A stretch of 64,000 nt of DNA from Desulfomicrobium sp. (GTDB taxonomy: Bacteria; Desulfobacterota; Desulfovibrionia; Desulfovibrionales; Desulfomicrobiaceae). The notes beneath the pieces are model-generated. The model did no database searches and was not told where the DNA came from. It worked only from the letters and a program-made list of their open reading frames with translations. Of the stretch, positions 9,937 through 22,500 are shown one piece after another (the stretch's first letter is position 1; each line of letters begins with the position of its first letter). The stretch is from NCBI GenBank assembly GCA_040768745.1, contig JAXGMI010000001.1, positions 448,001 to 512,000 on the forward strand, read 5' to 3'. Both the position numbers and the translations under genes were made by a program.

Positions 9937-12009
9937 CTACCTTGCTGCCTTCTCCATGATCTTCTGACCGCGAGCCGAATCAAGCGCCTTGGCAAGGGCT
10001 TCAACAACACGCTGATCATAATGCATTGCAGCATCACGCAGGGTCTGCAATGCCTCTGCTGCTGGCATGGCCGGACGGTAGGCCCTGGGCCTGACCATGG
10101 CGCAGAAGCTGTTGGCCACGCTCAGAATTCTGGCCTGCAGGGTGATCTCGTCTTCCTGCAGTCCTCTCGGGTAGCCGCTCCCGTCGAGGCTTTCATTCAT
10201 CTGGTATATGGCCTCGAAGACAGGCAACTCGAAATCGATCTGGCGAAGAATGTCGGCCGCATGCTCGACATGTTTCTGCATCGACTGTCTTTCGGCATCG
10301 GTGAGTGGCGAGGGCTTGGTCAGCAGATCCCTGTCAATGAACATCTTGCCGATCTGGGACAGGTGGGAGGCGATTTCCACCGTGGACCTGAGAGCCTCCG
10401 GAAGCTGCAGGTCTTCTGCCACCAGGGAGGACAGATCCCGCATCAGCACCGAGTGCCCGGCCAGATAGGGATCCGTAAACTCAATGGCCTTCACGAGCGC
10501 CTCAACGGTCTGCTGAATGGCCAGCCGCTTGCGCTCCTCGGCCCGGACCATGCTGGTCACATCCCGGAACACGGACACGATGCCTTGTGGTGCGTCCTGC
10601 GCACCCTTGAGGAGGACCTTGGTGATCTGAAAATGATGCAGCTGTGACTTGAGATAAATACGTTCCGTGCACACGACAGGGGCGCCTGTCCTGAGCGCCT
10701 CTTCGTCGGATTGTTCCAGCCGTTTTCCCGTGTCGAAACCAAAAAGCGCCACGTCATCCAACCCCAGCACCTCTCCCTCGGGCCTGTCCACCCCGGCGGA
10801 CAAGGCCGGATTTGCATAGACATAGGCCCCATCCAGATTTTTCACGGCGATGAAATCCGGAATGGAACCGTTGATGGAATCCAGAAAATTGCGCTGCTGC
10901 TCCAGTTCCGTGGCTAGCTGCTGGAACTGATGCGCCCTGCGTGTCTGATTTTGCCCCATGGTCCGCCACCAGACGACTCCGAACAGCAGGCTGGCGACCA
11001 TAGCGATGAGCGCCGCGATGAGAATGGAAATGCGCGAATATTCCTGCACGCCCTTGGCGGCGTCGTGGGCGTCCACTTCCTGGACGACCCATAGGTCCAG
11101 TTCAGGCACCTTCGTGCCCAGCGAAAAGACAGGATTTTGTCCGGACAGGGCCGCACGCTTGGCGAACTTCATGCGCTGGTCCGGCTCCAGCTCCGGAGGC
11201 GCGTTCAAGGGAACCATTCCACCGGGACTCCAGGGAACAATTTCCTGGAAACCTACTTCGGTCATCTGCATGAGCCGCGTCCGTTCCCCCTTGGTTGCCA
11301 GCGGGGAGTTGGAGAGCATGGCGGAAATGTTTGTGGTCGCGCTCTTGGTCAGCATGACCACGGCCACGACATTCTTCTCAGCATCCTCGCTTGCCGTGGA
11401 CAGGATGGGTACGAACAGGTCGATGACAAGTCCGTTGTCCGTCTGCCGGAACAGGGAAAAATGAGGCATTGGATAGGCAAAGGTTTTCTTGATTAAGGCC
11501 TGCTGTGTGGGCGACAACGGCAAGGAGCGGACATCAGATCCTATGTAGGACTGCCCGGCCCTGTGCACGATACGCCCGGACATGAAACCCGCAAAGGACG
11601 TGAAGTCGGTGAAGGTCTGTTGCATGAGCGGGAGCTGCTCTGCCAACTGAGCCATCTGCTCCTGTTCATCCCCCTCGGGAATCACGCCGGTGATCAAAAA
11701 ACTCGGGTCCGCATCGATCAGATCCATGTCAGTGGCGTAGAGGCGGAACAGGTCCGACGAAACGAGCCGCTCGGTTTGCTGAACATGACCAGCCAGCCAG
11801 GACTGCAGGACTTCCACCCGGCTGTTGGCCAGAAGTGCCAAACGCTCCCGCACCTGCCCCAGCATTTCGTCCTGCTTGGACCGAATGCTCCAGACCACCC
11901 AGGAGAGCAGGACGGCGATAACCAGAAAGATCAGCGCCACGCCCATGACCATTTCGGATCTGCTGTTGCCAAGGGCTGGCTGTGCCTGATTGCCTTTTGA
12001 TGCTGCCAT
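9937..12009 (-). CDS. Transmembrane periplasmic-sensor/PAS/degenerate HD-GYP protein (LapD-analogous c-di-GMP receptor candidate)
   Basis: Two TM helices around a periplasmic region, PAS (YVYANP...SVFRDVT), DGSGYPRGL; HD dyad replaced (HLSQIGK). Confidence 0.82.
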   Translation of the reverse strand: MAASKGNQAQPALGNSRSEMVMGVALIFLVIAVLLSWVVWSIRSKQDEMLGQVRERLALLANSRVEVLQSWLAGHVQQTERLVSSDLFRLYATDMDLIDADPSFLITGVIPEGDEQEQMAQLAEQLPLMQQTFTDFTSFAGFMSGRIVHRAGQSYIGSDVRSLPLSPTQQALIKKTFAYPMPHFSLFRQTDNGLVIDLFVPILSTASEDAEKNVVAVVMLTKSATTNISAMLSNSPLATKGERTRLMQMTEVGFQEIVPWSPGGMVPLNAPPELEPDQRMKFAKRAALSGQNPVFSLGTKVPELDLWVVQEVDAHDAAKGVQEYSRISILIAALIAMVASLLFGVVWWRTMGQNQTRRAHQFQQLATELEQQRNFLDSINGSIPDFIAVKNLDGAYVYANPALSAGVDRPEGEVLGLDDVALFGFDTGKRLEQSDEEALRTGAPVVCTERIYLKSQLHHFQITKVLLKGAQDAPQGIVSVFRDVTSMVRAEERKRLAIQQTVEALVKAIEFTDPYLAGHSVLMRDLSSLVAEDLQLPEALRSTVEIASHLSQIGKMFIDRDLLTKPSPLTDAERQSMQKHVEHAADILRQIDFELPVFEAIYQMNESLDGSGYPRGLQEDEITLQARILSVANSFCAMVRPRAYRPAMPAAEALQTLRDAAMHYDQRVVEALAKALDSARGQKIMEKAAR

Positions 12010-12023
12010 GTTCCTGTCTCCGT

Positions 12024-12683
12024 CTATGGTTGTTTGGCCAGTGCGATGTGGGACCACCGGTACTTCTCGTTCACGGAAAATTGCGGGACATAATGCTTGT
12101 ATTTGCGGTGCGAAAAAATGGCGCTGGTCACATTGTCCAGCACAAGGGCATCCCCTTGCAGGAAGACAACCAAAATCGCATGGCCGATATTCCTGATGCG
12201 GTCCTTCAAGATGACGATCCGCAGGTCGCTGGCGGCGAACCCCAACTCCCGCAGCATGAAATATTTGATGATGGCGTAATCCTCGCAATCACCGGACAGC
12301 CTCAGAAATTCCTGCGGGGTGGCCCACCAGTCCGACGCCCCATAGGCTTCAACATCCAGCCGGTATGGCCAGCTGTTGAAAAAGGCGTTGACCATCTTGA
12401 GCTGGGTCACCCTGTCCTTGCCTTCGGCATCCCGCTTGATACGCAGCCAGCTGGCTGCGCCTGGAGGACACGCCGTTCTGAAATTGCAGACACTGAGCGT
12501 TTTGACCTGCTTCTGGGCCATGGACAGAACACGCTTCCATTTGGGCAGGGCCTTGAAACTGCCGCGAAAGGCCGCGGTCTGGAAGATCCTGACGGATTCT
12601 GATGCATGTTCCGCCCCACTCCTGGCCGGAAGTAAAAACACCACCACAAGAAGGAACAAGAAAATTGCAACAGCGGGCCGCAA
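12024..12683 (-). CDS. LapG-like periplasmic transglutaminase-like cysteine protease (C93/BTLCP)
   Basis: Signal peptide; WATPQEF...GDCEDYAIIKY, GHAIL, VLDN giving a Cys-His-Asp triad. Confidence 0.92.
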   Translation of the reverse strand: MRPAVAIFLFLLVVVFLLPARSGAEHASESVRIFQTAAFRGSFKALPKWKRVLSMAQKQVKTLSVCNFRTACPPGAASWLRIKRDAEGKDRVTQLKMVNAFFNSWPYRLDVEAYGASDWWATPQEFLRLSGDCEDYAIIKYFMLRELGFAASDLRIVILKDRIRNIGHAILVVFLQGDALVLDNVTSAIFSHRKYKHYVPQFSVNEKYRWSHIALAKQP

Positions 12684-12686
12684 ACG

Positions 12687-14015
12687 TTACCGCTCCCGCA
12701 AGGCGTTTTCCTTGGCCTTCAAGATCGGCTTGAGGAGGTAATCGAGAACACTTTTCTTGCCGGTCAGGATGTCCACACTGGCCGTCATGCCCGGAATGAT
12801 GGGCAGATTTCCCCCCCGGTACACGATGGCCGCAGCCTTGGTCCGCAGCTTGACCTTATAGAAGCTTTCCCCTTTCTGGTTCTCGATGGTGTCGGCGCTG
12901 ATCTGCTCCACAGCCCCTTCCAATCCACCGTAAATGGAGAAATCATACGCTGTGATCTTGATCATGGCCTTTTGCCCGGGGTGCAGGAAGGCTATGTCTG
13001 CGGGCTTGATATTGGCCTCTATTAAAAGAGTATCATCCAACGGCACGATTTCCAATATGGGCTCCCCAGGCTTGACCACCCCTCCGGCGGTGTTCAGGAT
13101 GACCTGCTTGATGGTTCCGCGGACCGGGCTGCGCACATCGGTGCGGGTCACCCTGTCCTGTCCGGCGGACAGGGCATGGAGTTTTGATTCGAGCTCGGTC
13201 TGATGCTTGTTCATTTCCTGCAAGGCCAGAGCCTTGAATTCAGCCAACCGCTGAGCCTGCCGCTCCTTGATCTCCTGGGCTGCCTGCTGGGTCCGTGGAA
13301 TAGCCACACTGAGAGTCTGCAGATCCCCGCGCAGAGAGCTGACGCTGCGTTCCAGAGTCAGATATTCCACACGCGGATAGACCTTTTTTTCCACAAGGGG
13401 CCGGGCAATATCGAGCTGTTCCTGGGCCAGTTTCAGGTCAGATGCCACTTGGGATTTGCGGATGGACATCTCGTTGGCTTCTTGCACCCGCTGGGTATAC
13501 TGGCTGCGCAAAATGTTCATTTCCTGATTGAGCTGATTCATACGCGCGCGGTAAATGTCCATCTGGTCCCTGATCAGGGCTGGAGCCTTGGTCCGCAGTT
13601 CCTCTGAAAATCCCGGCTCAGTTCCCGCTGCCTCGGCCTTCAGACGTGCAATGGCCGCTTCATGGGACAGGGCCTGGCTGGCCGTATCCTTCAAGGTGCT
13701 CTGCGCCATCTCGTTGCTGATGCGGACCAGAATGTCCCCTTTTTCCACGATCTGGTTCTCCCGCACCAGGGTTTCCTCCAGAATGCCGCCCTCCAGATTC
13801 TGGATGACCTGCACCCTCTGGGAAGGAATGACCTGTCCCGTGCCGCGGGTCACTTCATCCAGAATGGCAAAGTGGGTCCAGACCAGAAACGAACCCAGCA
13901 GGAAGCAGATGGTCAATGACAGGACATAGGCCCAGCGATGGCCGCGCCGGAACAGGGCGGCATCGACCTCATTCATGAACTCCAGCTCGTGCTCAGAAAA
14001 CAATGGCTTATGCAC
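12687..14015 (-). CDS. HlyD-family type I secretion membrane fusion protein (LapC-like)
   Basis: LDEVTRGTGQVIPS..VQ.IQNLEGG, RSPVRG, KITAYDFSIYG, IIPGM..SVDI.TG; GTG start after GGAGG. Confidence 0.93.
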   Translation of the reverse strand: MHKPLFSEHELEFMNEVDAALFRRGHRWAYVLSLTICFLLGSFLVWTHFAILDEVTRGTGQVIPSQRVQVIQNLEGGILEETLVRENQIVEKGDILVRISNEMAQSTLKDTASQALSHEAAIARLKAEAAGTEPGFSEELRTKAPALIRDQMDIYRARMNQLNQEMNILRSQYTQRVQEANEMSIRKSQVASDLKLAQEQLDIARPLVEKKVYPRVEYLTLERSVSSLRGDLQTLSVAIPRTQQAAQEIKERQAQRLAEFKALALQEMNKHQTELESKLHALSAGQDRVTRTDVRSPVRGTIKQVILNTAGGVVKPGEPILEIVPLDDTLLIEANIKPADIAFLHPGQKAMIKITAYDFSIYGGLEGAVEQISADTIENQKGESFYKVKLRTKAAAIVYRGGNLPIIPGMTASVDILTGKKSVLDYLLKPILKAKENALRER

Positions 14016-16221
14016 GCCTGCCTCCGTTGGCCCGCTTCTGCAGGTCCGCAAGCACGGCGTCGCGCGGGCCGTCAGCGATGATTTTGCCATCTTCCAGCGC
14101 GATGATCCGGGTTGCCAGGGACAAGAGACTGGGCCTGTGGGTGATGAGGAGAAGCGTTTTCTCCTTCAAGGCAGCCGCAAGGCGGAGCTTCAGTATGGCC
14201 TCCACGCCCACATCCATGGAACTGCTTGGCTCATCCAGGATGACGATGTCCGGATCCATGAGCAGGGTCCGGGCAATGGTCACTGCCTGACGCTGGCCGC
14301 CAGACAGGTTCAGACCGCGCTCTCCGACCTGCAGGTTGAAACCGGCCGGACTGTTTTTTACGAAATCCGTCACCCCGGCGATCGTTGCGGCCCTGATCAA
14401 GGCATGGTCGCTGACATGGGGAGCCCCCAGGGTGATGTTTTCCCGGATCGTGCCCTGGAAAAGAAAGTTGTCCTGGGCCATGTAGCCGATTTTCGAGCGC
14501 AGCTCGGTCGGGTCGATCTGGCGGATGTCCAGACCTCCCACCTTTACCGCCCCGCGCTGGGGCGTGTACAGACCGTTGACCAATTTGCCCAGGGTGGTCT
14601 TTCCAGACCCCATCTTGCCGACAATGGCTACCCGCTCTCCCTGGTTGACATGAAACGTCACATACGAGAGAGCATTGACTAACGCCCCAGGATATTTGAA
14701 ACTTACGTCCTCAAAGGTGACAGAGCTGCGAAGATCCCGGTGCTCTGTGTGCTGTACGTCCTCGGATCGCTCGCTGGGAATCTTCATCAGCACGTCCAGA
14801 TTTTTGAGCGCCATGCGGCTTTGCTGCAACCTCGTCAGCATGGCGGCCACGGCTCCCAGGGGACTCATGGCCCTGCCGACCAGGATGGAGCAGGCAATGA
14901 GACCACCCGTGGTCATTTCTCCGTCCGAGATGCGGTACACGCCCCAAATGATCACTCCTGCATACACCAGCTGGGAAACAAGCTGCGTGAACGTCAGGGA
15001 AAACGTGCTCAGGGATTTGGCGCGGGTGGATGACCGGGCACCCAGGCCGATGATGTTCTCCCACCGTCCGAGCATGGCCCCCTCTGCCCGGCTGGTTTTG
15101 ATGGTCTCCAGCCCTCCTATGGCCTCAACCAGCAAGGCGTTCTTCTGGGTGGACTCTCTGTAGCCTCCTTCAATGGCCTGCCTGAGAGGGCCCTGCACGA
15201 TGATCCCGACCAGGATGACGATGGGTGTGGCCACCCCAGGTATGACGGCCAAGGGGCCACCGATGAAAGCGATAATGACAATGAAGAGGACCAGGAAGGG
15301 CAGATCGATCAGGGCCAGCAGAGTCGTGGAGCTGAAGAATTCACGCAGTGCATCGAATTCACGCATATTGTTGACCAGTGCCCCGGTGGAGTCCGGCTTG
15401 TGGTCCATGCGGATGGACAGGATGTGGCTCATCAGCTTGCTGGCCACGAGTATGTCGGAGTTGCGTCCTGCAATGTCCACGAAATACCCGCGCAGGTTGC
15501 GCAGGATGAAGTCGAAGAAAAAGGCCAACCCTACCCCGATGGACAAAACCCACAGGGTTTCCAATGCGTTATTGGGCACCACCCGGTCGTACACATTCAT
15601 GGTGAAAACGGGCGAGGCAATGGCCAAAATATTAATGAATATGGATGCAAGGGCCACGTGCCTGTAGATCGGCCAGAAATGAAGAAGGGTTCCCCAGAAC
15701 CACCTCTTCGTGTCGGAGATTTTCAGATCCTTGGACCACGAGGCCGCCTTTGCCCTGGGACGGGCAAAGACCGCATGGCCCGAATAGCTGGAACGCAACT
15801 CCTCCAGTGGAATATCGAAGGGCGCGTCCGGATTTTCAGGCACGATGATCCTGGCCGAATCCGTTTGCATGCCCGTCAGCACGCAGGCCCCGCCATCGGC
15901 CATGAGCAGGATGCAGGGCAGATTGAGGGTGGAAATCTTTTCCGGGTCCGGCTTGTGAACGATCCGGGCGTCAATGCCCTCTCTCCGGGCGGCACGAATA
16001 CACGCATAGGGGGTCAATCCATCCGAGGTGCGAGGCAGACCAGCTTCCAAGGCTGTGAGGCTCACTGGTTTGTCGAACAGGCGAGAGACAATTGCCAGGC
16101 ATCCGACCAAAGGAGTGGTGAACCCGACCTGGGCCGGAGTGAGCTGGACTGTAGGCGAACGTTGCGGTTTTTCAACGGCTGGAGCAGGAAGGCGGGAGCC
16201 AATGGCTTGAGTGCCGTTCAT
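14008..16221 (-). CDS. Type I secretion ABC permease/ATPase (LapB/LssB-like)
   Basis: C39-like N-terminus, MNVYDRVVPN, GKMGSGKT, LSGGQRQ, ILDEPSS. Confidence 0.95.
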   Translation of the reverse strand: MNGTQAIGSRLPAPAVEKPQRSPTVQLTPAQVGFTTPLVGCLAIVSRLFDKPVSLTALEAGLPRTSDGLTPYACIRAARREGIDARIVHKPDPEKISTLNLPCILLMADGGACVLTGMQTDSARIIVPENPDAPFDIPLEELRSSYSGHAVFARPRAKAASWSKDLKISDTKRWFWGTLLHFWPIYRHVALASIFINILAIASPVFTMNVYDRVVPNNALETLWVLSIGVGLAFFFDFILRNLRGYFVDIAGRNSDILVASKLMSHILSIRMDHKPDSTGALVNNMREFDALREFFSSTTLLALIDLPFLVLFIVIIAFIGGPLAVIPGVATPIVILVGIIVQGPLRQAIEGGYRESTQKNALLVEAIGGLETIKTSRAEGAMLGRWENIIGLGARSSTRAKSLSTFSLTFTQLVSQLVYAGVIIWGVYRISDGEMTTGGLIACSILVGRAMSPLGAVAAMLTRLQQSRMALKNLDVLMKIPSERSEDVQHTEHRDLRSSVTFEDVSFKYPGALVNALSYVTFHVNQGERVAIVGKMGSGKTTLGKLVNGLYTPQRGAVKVGGLDIRQIDPTELRSKIGYMAQDNFLFQGTIRENITLGAPHVSDHALIRAATIAGVTDFVKNSPAGFNLQVGERGLNLSGGQRQAVTIARTLLMDPDIVILDEPSSSMDVGVEAILKLRLAAALKEKTLLLITHRPSLLSLATRIIALEDGKIIADGPRDAVLADLQKRANGGRRA

Positions 16222-16545
16222 GAAAGCGTACCCTCGAAAGCGTTTTGTTGACGAAACCTATGCATATACTGCCAGCTTTACAAGAATGGACCGCCCGGTG
16301 TCATTCACCCGAAAGTGTGAAACAAGATGCGCTTGTCCCTGAACCTTCATGTCTGCTGAACATTTTTTCCCTGATTTGTGCCAAGATGTTGCTGGCCCCC
16401 GTCATTGAAGAACCCCGGGTATGATTTGTTGACGCCAGTTCTTTTCATACTTGACCCCTGACGGCTGCGGTTTCATATATCCCGTCAAAGCATCGGGTAT
16501 TGATGCTTCAGAATTCTTCCCAGCCCGCAAACCAGCGGAGGCCCC

Positions 16546-19500
16546 ATGGCAAAGAACACGCAAAAGACCATTCAGCCCATTCACGCCCCACAAGAAGGGG
16601 AGATGCGCACAATAGACGTTACTCCAGATGCACCGATAAAACTGTCTCAAGAATTCGAGCAGGCCGAACCCAGAGTGGAAGGGGCTTCCCTGATATTCAC
16701 CTTTGCCAATGGTGGCCAGGTCGTGCTCGATTTTTCCGATCTGGGCCAAGCTGCATTGCCCAATATTGTTCTTGCCGATGGCACCGTGTTGAGTGTTGAT
16801 GAGTATCTGAGAGGTCTGGGCCTCCAGGAAATTGAAACTGCCGCAGGTCCCGGGACCCAAAGTGGAGGCGTGGGAGCCTACGAGGACGACCCCGGCGACA
16901 TCATCGACGGGGTGGCCAAGCTCGGAGGACTGGATCCAAGGGACTTCCCTGCCGTTACGGATGAAGAACTGCAAGGAAGAGGCGACGACGCGGGCCAGGC
17001 CACCATCCTCGACAACGACGAGCCCGTCCCCCCGACCCCGGCCGTGAGCGTCAGCGACGTGCAGGTCGACGAGGGCCAGGACGCCGTCTTCACGGTCAGC
17101 GTGACCAACGCGGCCCCAGGCAGCACCGTCACCCTGACCCTGGCCGACGGCACGGCCGTGGACGCCGACTACAACGAGGCCCGCTTCCAGTTCAGCACAG
17201 ACGGCACGACCTGGTCCGACGTGACCGGGCCCATTGACGTGCCGGACGGCAGCTCCACCCTGCTGGTCAGGACCGACACCGTGGACGACGCCTCGGACGA
17301 GCCAGACGAGACCTTCTCCCTTTCCGCGACCCTGAGCACCGGACAGAACGACGCGGGCCAGGCCACCATCCTCGACAACGACGAGCCCGTCCCCCCGACC
17401 CCGGCCGTGAGCGTCAGCGACGTGCAGGTCGACGAGGGCCAGGACGCCGTCTTCACGGTCAGCGTGACCAACGCGGCCCCAGGCAGCACCGTCACCCTGA
17501 CCCTGGCCGACGGCACGGCCGTGGACGCCGACTACAACGAGGCCCGCTTCCAGTTCAGCACAGACGGCACGACCTGGTCCGACGTGACCGGGCCCATTGA
17601 CGTGCCGGACGGCAGCTCCACCCTGCTGGTCAGGACCGACACCGTGGACGACGCCTCGGACGAGCCAGACGAGACCTTCTCCCTTTCCGCGACCCTGAGC
17701 ACCGGACAGAACGACGCGGGCCAGGCCACCATCCTCGACAACGACGAGCCCGTCCCCCCGACCCCGGCCGTGAGCGTCAGCGACGTGCAGGTCGACGAGG
17801 GCCAGGACGCCGTCTTCACGGTCAGCGTGACCAACGCGGCCCCAGGCAGCACCGTCACCCTGACCCTGGCCGACGGCACGGCCGTGGACGCCGACTACAA
17901 CGAGGCCCGCTTCCAGTTCAGCACAGACGGCACGACCTGGTCCGACGTGACCGGGCCCATTGACGTGCCGGACGGCAGCTCCACCCTGCTGGTCAGGACC
18001 GACACCGTGGACGACGCCTCGGACGAGCCAGACGAGACCTTCTCCCTTTCCGCGACCCTGAGCACCGGACAGAACGACGCGGGCCAGGCCACCATCCTCG
18101 ACAACGACGAGCCCGTCCCCCCGACCCCGGCCGTGAGCGTCAGCGACGTGCAGGTCGACGAGGGCCAGGACGCCGTCTTCACGGTCAGCGTGACCAACGC
18201 GGCCCCAGGCAGCACCGTCACCCTGACCCTGGCCGACGGCACGGCCGTGGACGCCGACTACAACGAGGCCCGCTTCCAGTTCAGCACAGACGGCACGACC
18301 TGGTCCGACGTGACCGGGCCCATTGACGTGCCGGACGGCAGCTCCACCCTGCTGGTCAGGACCGACACCGTGGACGACGCCTCGGACGAGCCAGACGAGA
18401 CCTTCTCCCTTTCCGCGACCCTGAGCACCGGACAGAACGACGCGGGCCAGGCCACCATCCTCGACAACGACGAGCCCGTCCCCCCGACCCCGGCCGTGAG
18501 CGTCAGCGACGTGCAGGTCGACGAGGGCCAGGACGCCGTCTTCACGGTCAGCGTGACCAACGCGGCCCCAGGCAGCACCGTCACCCTGACCCTGGCCGAC
18601 GGCACGGCCGTGGACGCCGACTACAACGAGGCCCGCTTCCAGTTCAGCACAGACGGCACGACCTGGTCCGACGTGACCGGGCCCATTGACGTGCCGGACG
18701 GCAGCTCCACCCTGCTGGTCAGGACCGACACCGTGGACGACGCCTCGGACGAGCCAGACGAGACCTTCTCCCTTTCCGCGACCCTGAGCACCGGACAGAA
18801 CGACGCGGGCCAGGCCACCATCCTCGACAACGACGAGCCCGTCCCCCCGACCCCGGCCGTGAGCGTCAGCGACGTGCAGGTCGACGAGGGCCAGGACGCC
18901 GTCTTCACGGTCAGCGTGACCAACGCGGCCCCAGGCAGCACCGTCACCCTGACCCTGGCCGACGGCACGGCCGTGGACGCCGACTACAACGAGGCCCGCT
19001 TCCAGTTCAGCACAGACGGCACGACCTGGTCCGACGTGACCGGGCCCATTGACGTGCCGGACGGCAGCTCCACCCTGCTGGTCAGGACCGACACCGTGGA
19101 CGACGCCTCGGACGAGCCAGACGAGACCTTCTCCCTTTCCGCGACCCTGAGCACCGGACAGAACGACGCGGGCCAGGCCACCATCCTCGACAACGACGAG
19201 CCCGTCCCCCCGACCCCGGCCGTGAGCGTCAGCGACGTGCAGGTCGACGAGGGCCAGGACGCCGTCTTCACGGTCAGCGTGACCAACGCGGCCCCAGGCA
19301 GCACCGTCACCCTGACCCTGGCCGACGGCACGGCCGTGGACGCCGACTACAACGAGGCCCGCTTCCAGTTCAGCACAGACGGCACGACCTGGTCCGACGT
19401 GACCGGGCCCATTGACGTGCCGGACGGCAGCTCCACCCTGCTGGTCAGGACCGACACCGTGGACGACGCCTCGGACGAGCCAGACGAGACCTTCTCCCTT

Positions 19501-22500
19501 TCCGCGACCCTGAGCACCGGACAGAACGACGCGGGCCAGGCCACCATCCTCGACAACGACGAGCCCGTCCCCCCGACCCCGGCCGTGAGCGTCAGCGACG
19601 TGCAGGTCGACGAGGGCCAGGACGCCGTCTTCACGGTCAGCGTGACCAACGCGGCCCCAGGCAGCACCGTCACCCTGACCCTGGCCGACGGCACGGCCGT
19701 GGACGCCGACTACAACGAGGCCCGCTTCCAGTTCAGCACAGACGGCACGACCTGGTCCGACGTGACCGGGCCCATTGACGTGCCGGACGGCAGCTCCACC
19801 CTGCTGGTCAGGACCGACACCGTGGACGACGCCTCGGACGAGCCAGACGAGACCTTCTCCCTTTCCGCGACCCTGAGCACCGGACAGAACGACGCGGGCC
19901 AGGCCACCATCCTCGACAACGACGAGCCCGTCCCCCCGACCCCGGCCGTGAGCGTCAGCGACGTGCAGGTCGACGAGGGCCAGGACGCCGTCTTCACGGT
20001 CAGCGTGACCAACGCGGCCCCAGGCAGCACCGTCACCCTGACCCTGGCCGACGGCACGGCCGTGGACGCCGACTACAACGAGGCCCGCTTCCAGTTCAGC
20101 ACAGACGGCACGACCTGGTCCGACGTGACCGGGCCCATTGACGTGCCGGACGGCAGCTCCACCCTGCTGGTCAGGACCGACACCGTGGACGACGCCTCGG
20201 ACGAGCCAGACGAGACCTTCTCCCTTTCCGCGACCCTGAGCACCGGACAGAACGACGCGGGCCAGGCCACCATCCTCGACAACGACGAGCCCGTCCCCCC
20301 GACCCCGGCCGTGAGCGTCAGCGACGTGCAGGTCGACGAGGGCCAGGACGCCGTCTTCACGGTCAGCGTGACCAACGCGGCCCCAGGCAGCACCGTCACC
20401 CTGACCCTGGCCGACGGCACGGCCGTGGACGCCGACTACAACGAGGCCCGCTTCCAGTTCAGCACAGACGGCACGACCTGGTCCGACGTGACCGGGCCCA
20501 TTGACGTGCCGGACGGCAGCTCCACCCTGCTGGTCAGGACCGACACCGTGGACGACGCCTCGGACGAGCCAGACGAGACCTTCTCCCTTTCCGCGACCCT
20601 GAGCACCGGACAGAACGACGCGGGCCAGGCCACCATCCTCGACAACGACGAGCCCGTCCCCCCGACCCCGGCCGTGAGCGTCAGCGACGTGCAGGTCGAC
20701 GAGGGCCAGGACGCCGTCTTCACGGTCAGCGTGACCAACGCGGCCCCAGGCAGCACCGTCACCCTGACCCTGGCCGACGGCACGGCCGTGGACGCCGACT
20801 ACAACGAGGCCCGCTTCCAGTTCAGCACAGACGGCACGACCTGGTCCGACGTGACCGGGCCCATTGACGTGCCGGACGGCAGCTCCACCCTGCTGGTCAG
20901 GACCGACACCGTGGACGACGCCTCGGACGAGCCAGACGAGACCTTCTCCCTTTCCGCGACCCTGAGCACCGGACAGAACGACGCGGGCCAGGCCACCATC
21001 CTCGACAACGACGAGCCCGTCCCCCCGACCCCGGCCGTGAGCGTCAGCGACGTGCAGGTCGACGAGGGCCAGGACGCCGTCTTCACGGTCAGCGTGACCA
21101 ACGCGGCCCCAGGCAGCACCGTCACCCTGACCCTGGCCGACGGCACGGCCGTGGACGCCGACTACAACGAGGCCCGCTTCCAGTTCAGCACAGACGGCAC
21201 GACCTGGTCCGACGTGACCGGGCCCATTGACGTGCCGGACGGCAGCTCCACCCTGCTGGTCAGGACCGACACCGTGGACGACGCCTCGGACGAGCCAGAC
21301 GAGACCTTCTCCCTTTCCGCGACCCTGAGCACCGGACAGAACGACGCGGGCCAGGCCACCATCCTCGACAACGACGAGCCCGTCCCCCCGACCCCGGCCG
21401 TGAGCGTCAGCGACGTGCAGGTCGACGAGGGCCAGGACGCCGTCTTCACGGTCAGCGTGACCAACGCGGCCCCAGGCAGCACCGTCACCCTGACCCTGGC
21501 CGACGGCACGGCCGTGGACGCCGACTACAACGAGGCCCGCTTCCAGTTCAGCACAGACGGCACGACCTGGTCCGACGTGACCGGGCCCATTGACGTGCCG
21601 GACGGCAGCTCCACCCTGCTGGTCAGGACCGACACCGTGGACGACGCCTCGGACGAGCCAGACGAGACCTTCTCCCTTTCCGCGACCCTGAGCACCGGAC
21701 AGAACGACGCGGGCCAGGCCACCATCCTCGACAACGACGAGCCCGTCCCCCCGACCCCGGCCGTGAGCGTCAGCGACGTGCAGGTCGACGAGGGCCAGGA
21801 CGCCGTCTTCACGGTCAGCGTGACCAACGCGGCCCCAGGCAGCACCGTCACCCTGACCCTGGCCGACGGCACGGCCGTGGACGCCGACTACAACGAGGCC
21901 CGCTTCCAGTTCAGCACAGACGGCACGACCTGGTCCGACGTGACCGGGCCCATTGACGTGCCGGACGGCAGCTCCACCCTGCTGGTCAGGACCGACACCG
22001 TGGACGACGCCTCGGACGAGCCAGACGAGACCTTCTCCCTTTCCGCGACCCTGAGCACCGGACAGAACGACGCGGGCCAGGCCACCATCCTCGACAACGA
22101 CGAGCCCGTCCCCCCGACCCCGGCCGTGAGCGTCAGCGACGTGCAGGTCGACGAGGGCCAGGACGCCGTCTTCACGGTCAGCGTGACCAACGCGGCCCCA
22201 GGCAGCACCGTCACCCTGACCCTGGCCGACGGCACGGCCGTGGACGCCGACTACAACGAGGCCCGCTTCCAGTTCAGCACAGACGGCACGACCTGGTCCG
22301 ACGTGACCGGGCCCATTGACGTGCCGGACGGCAGCTCCACCCTGCTGGTCAGGACCGACACCGTGGACGACGCCTCGGACGAGCCAGACGAGACCTTCTC
22401 CCTTTCCGCGACCCTGAGCACCGGACAGAACGACGCGGGCCAGGCCACCATCCTCGACAACGACGAGCCCGTCCCCCCGACCCCGGCCGTGAGCGTCAGC

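Noticed and set aside
16222..16545. c-di-GMP riboswitch or defined promoter upstream of the adhesin
   Set aside because: No GEMM-like motif recognised; TTGACC at 16451 has only a weak -10 partner.
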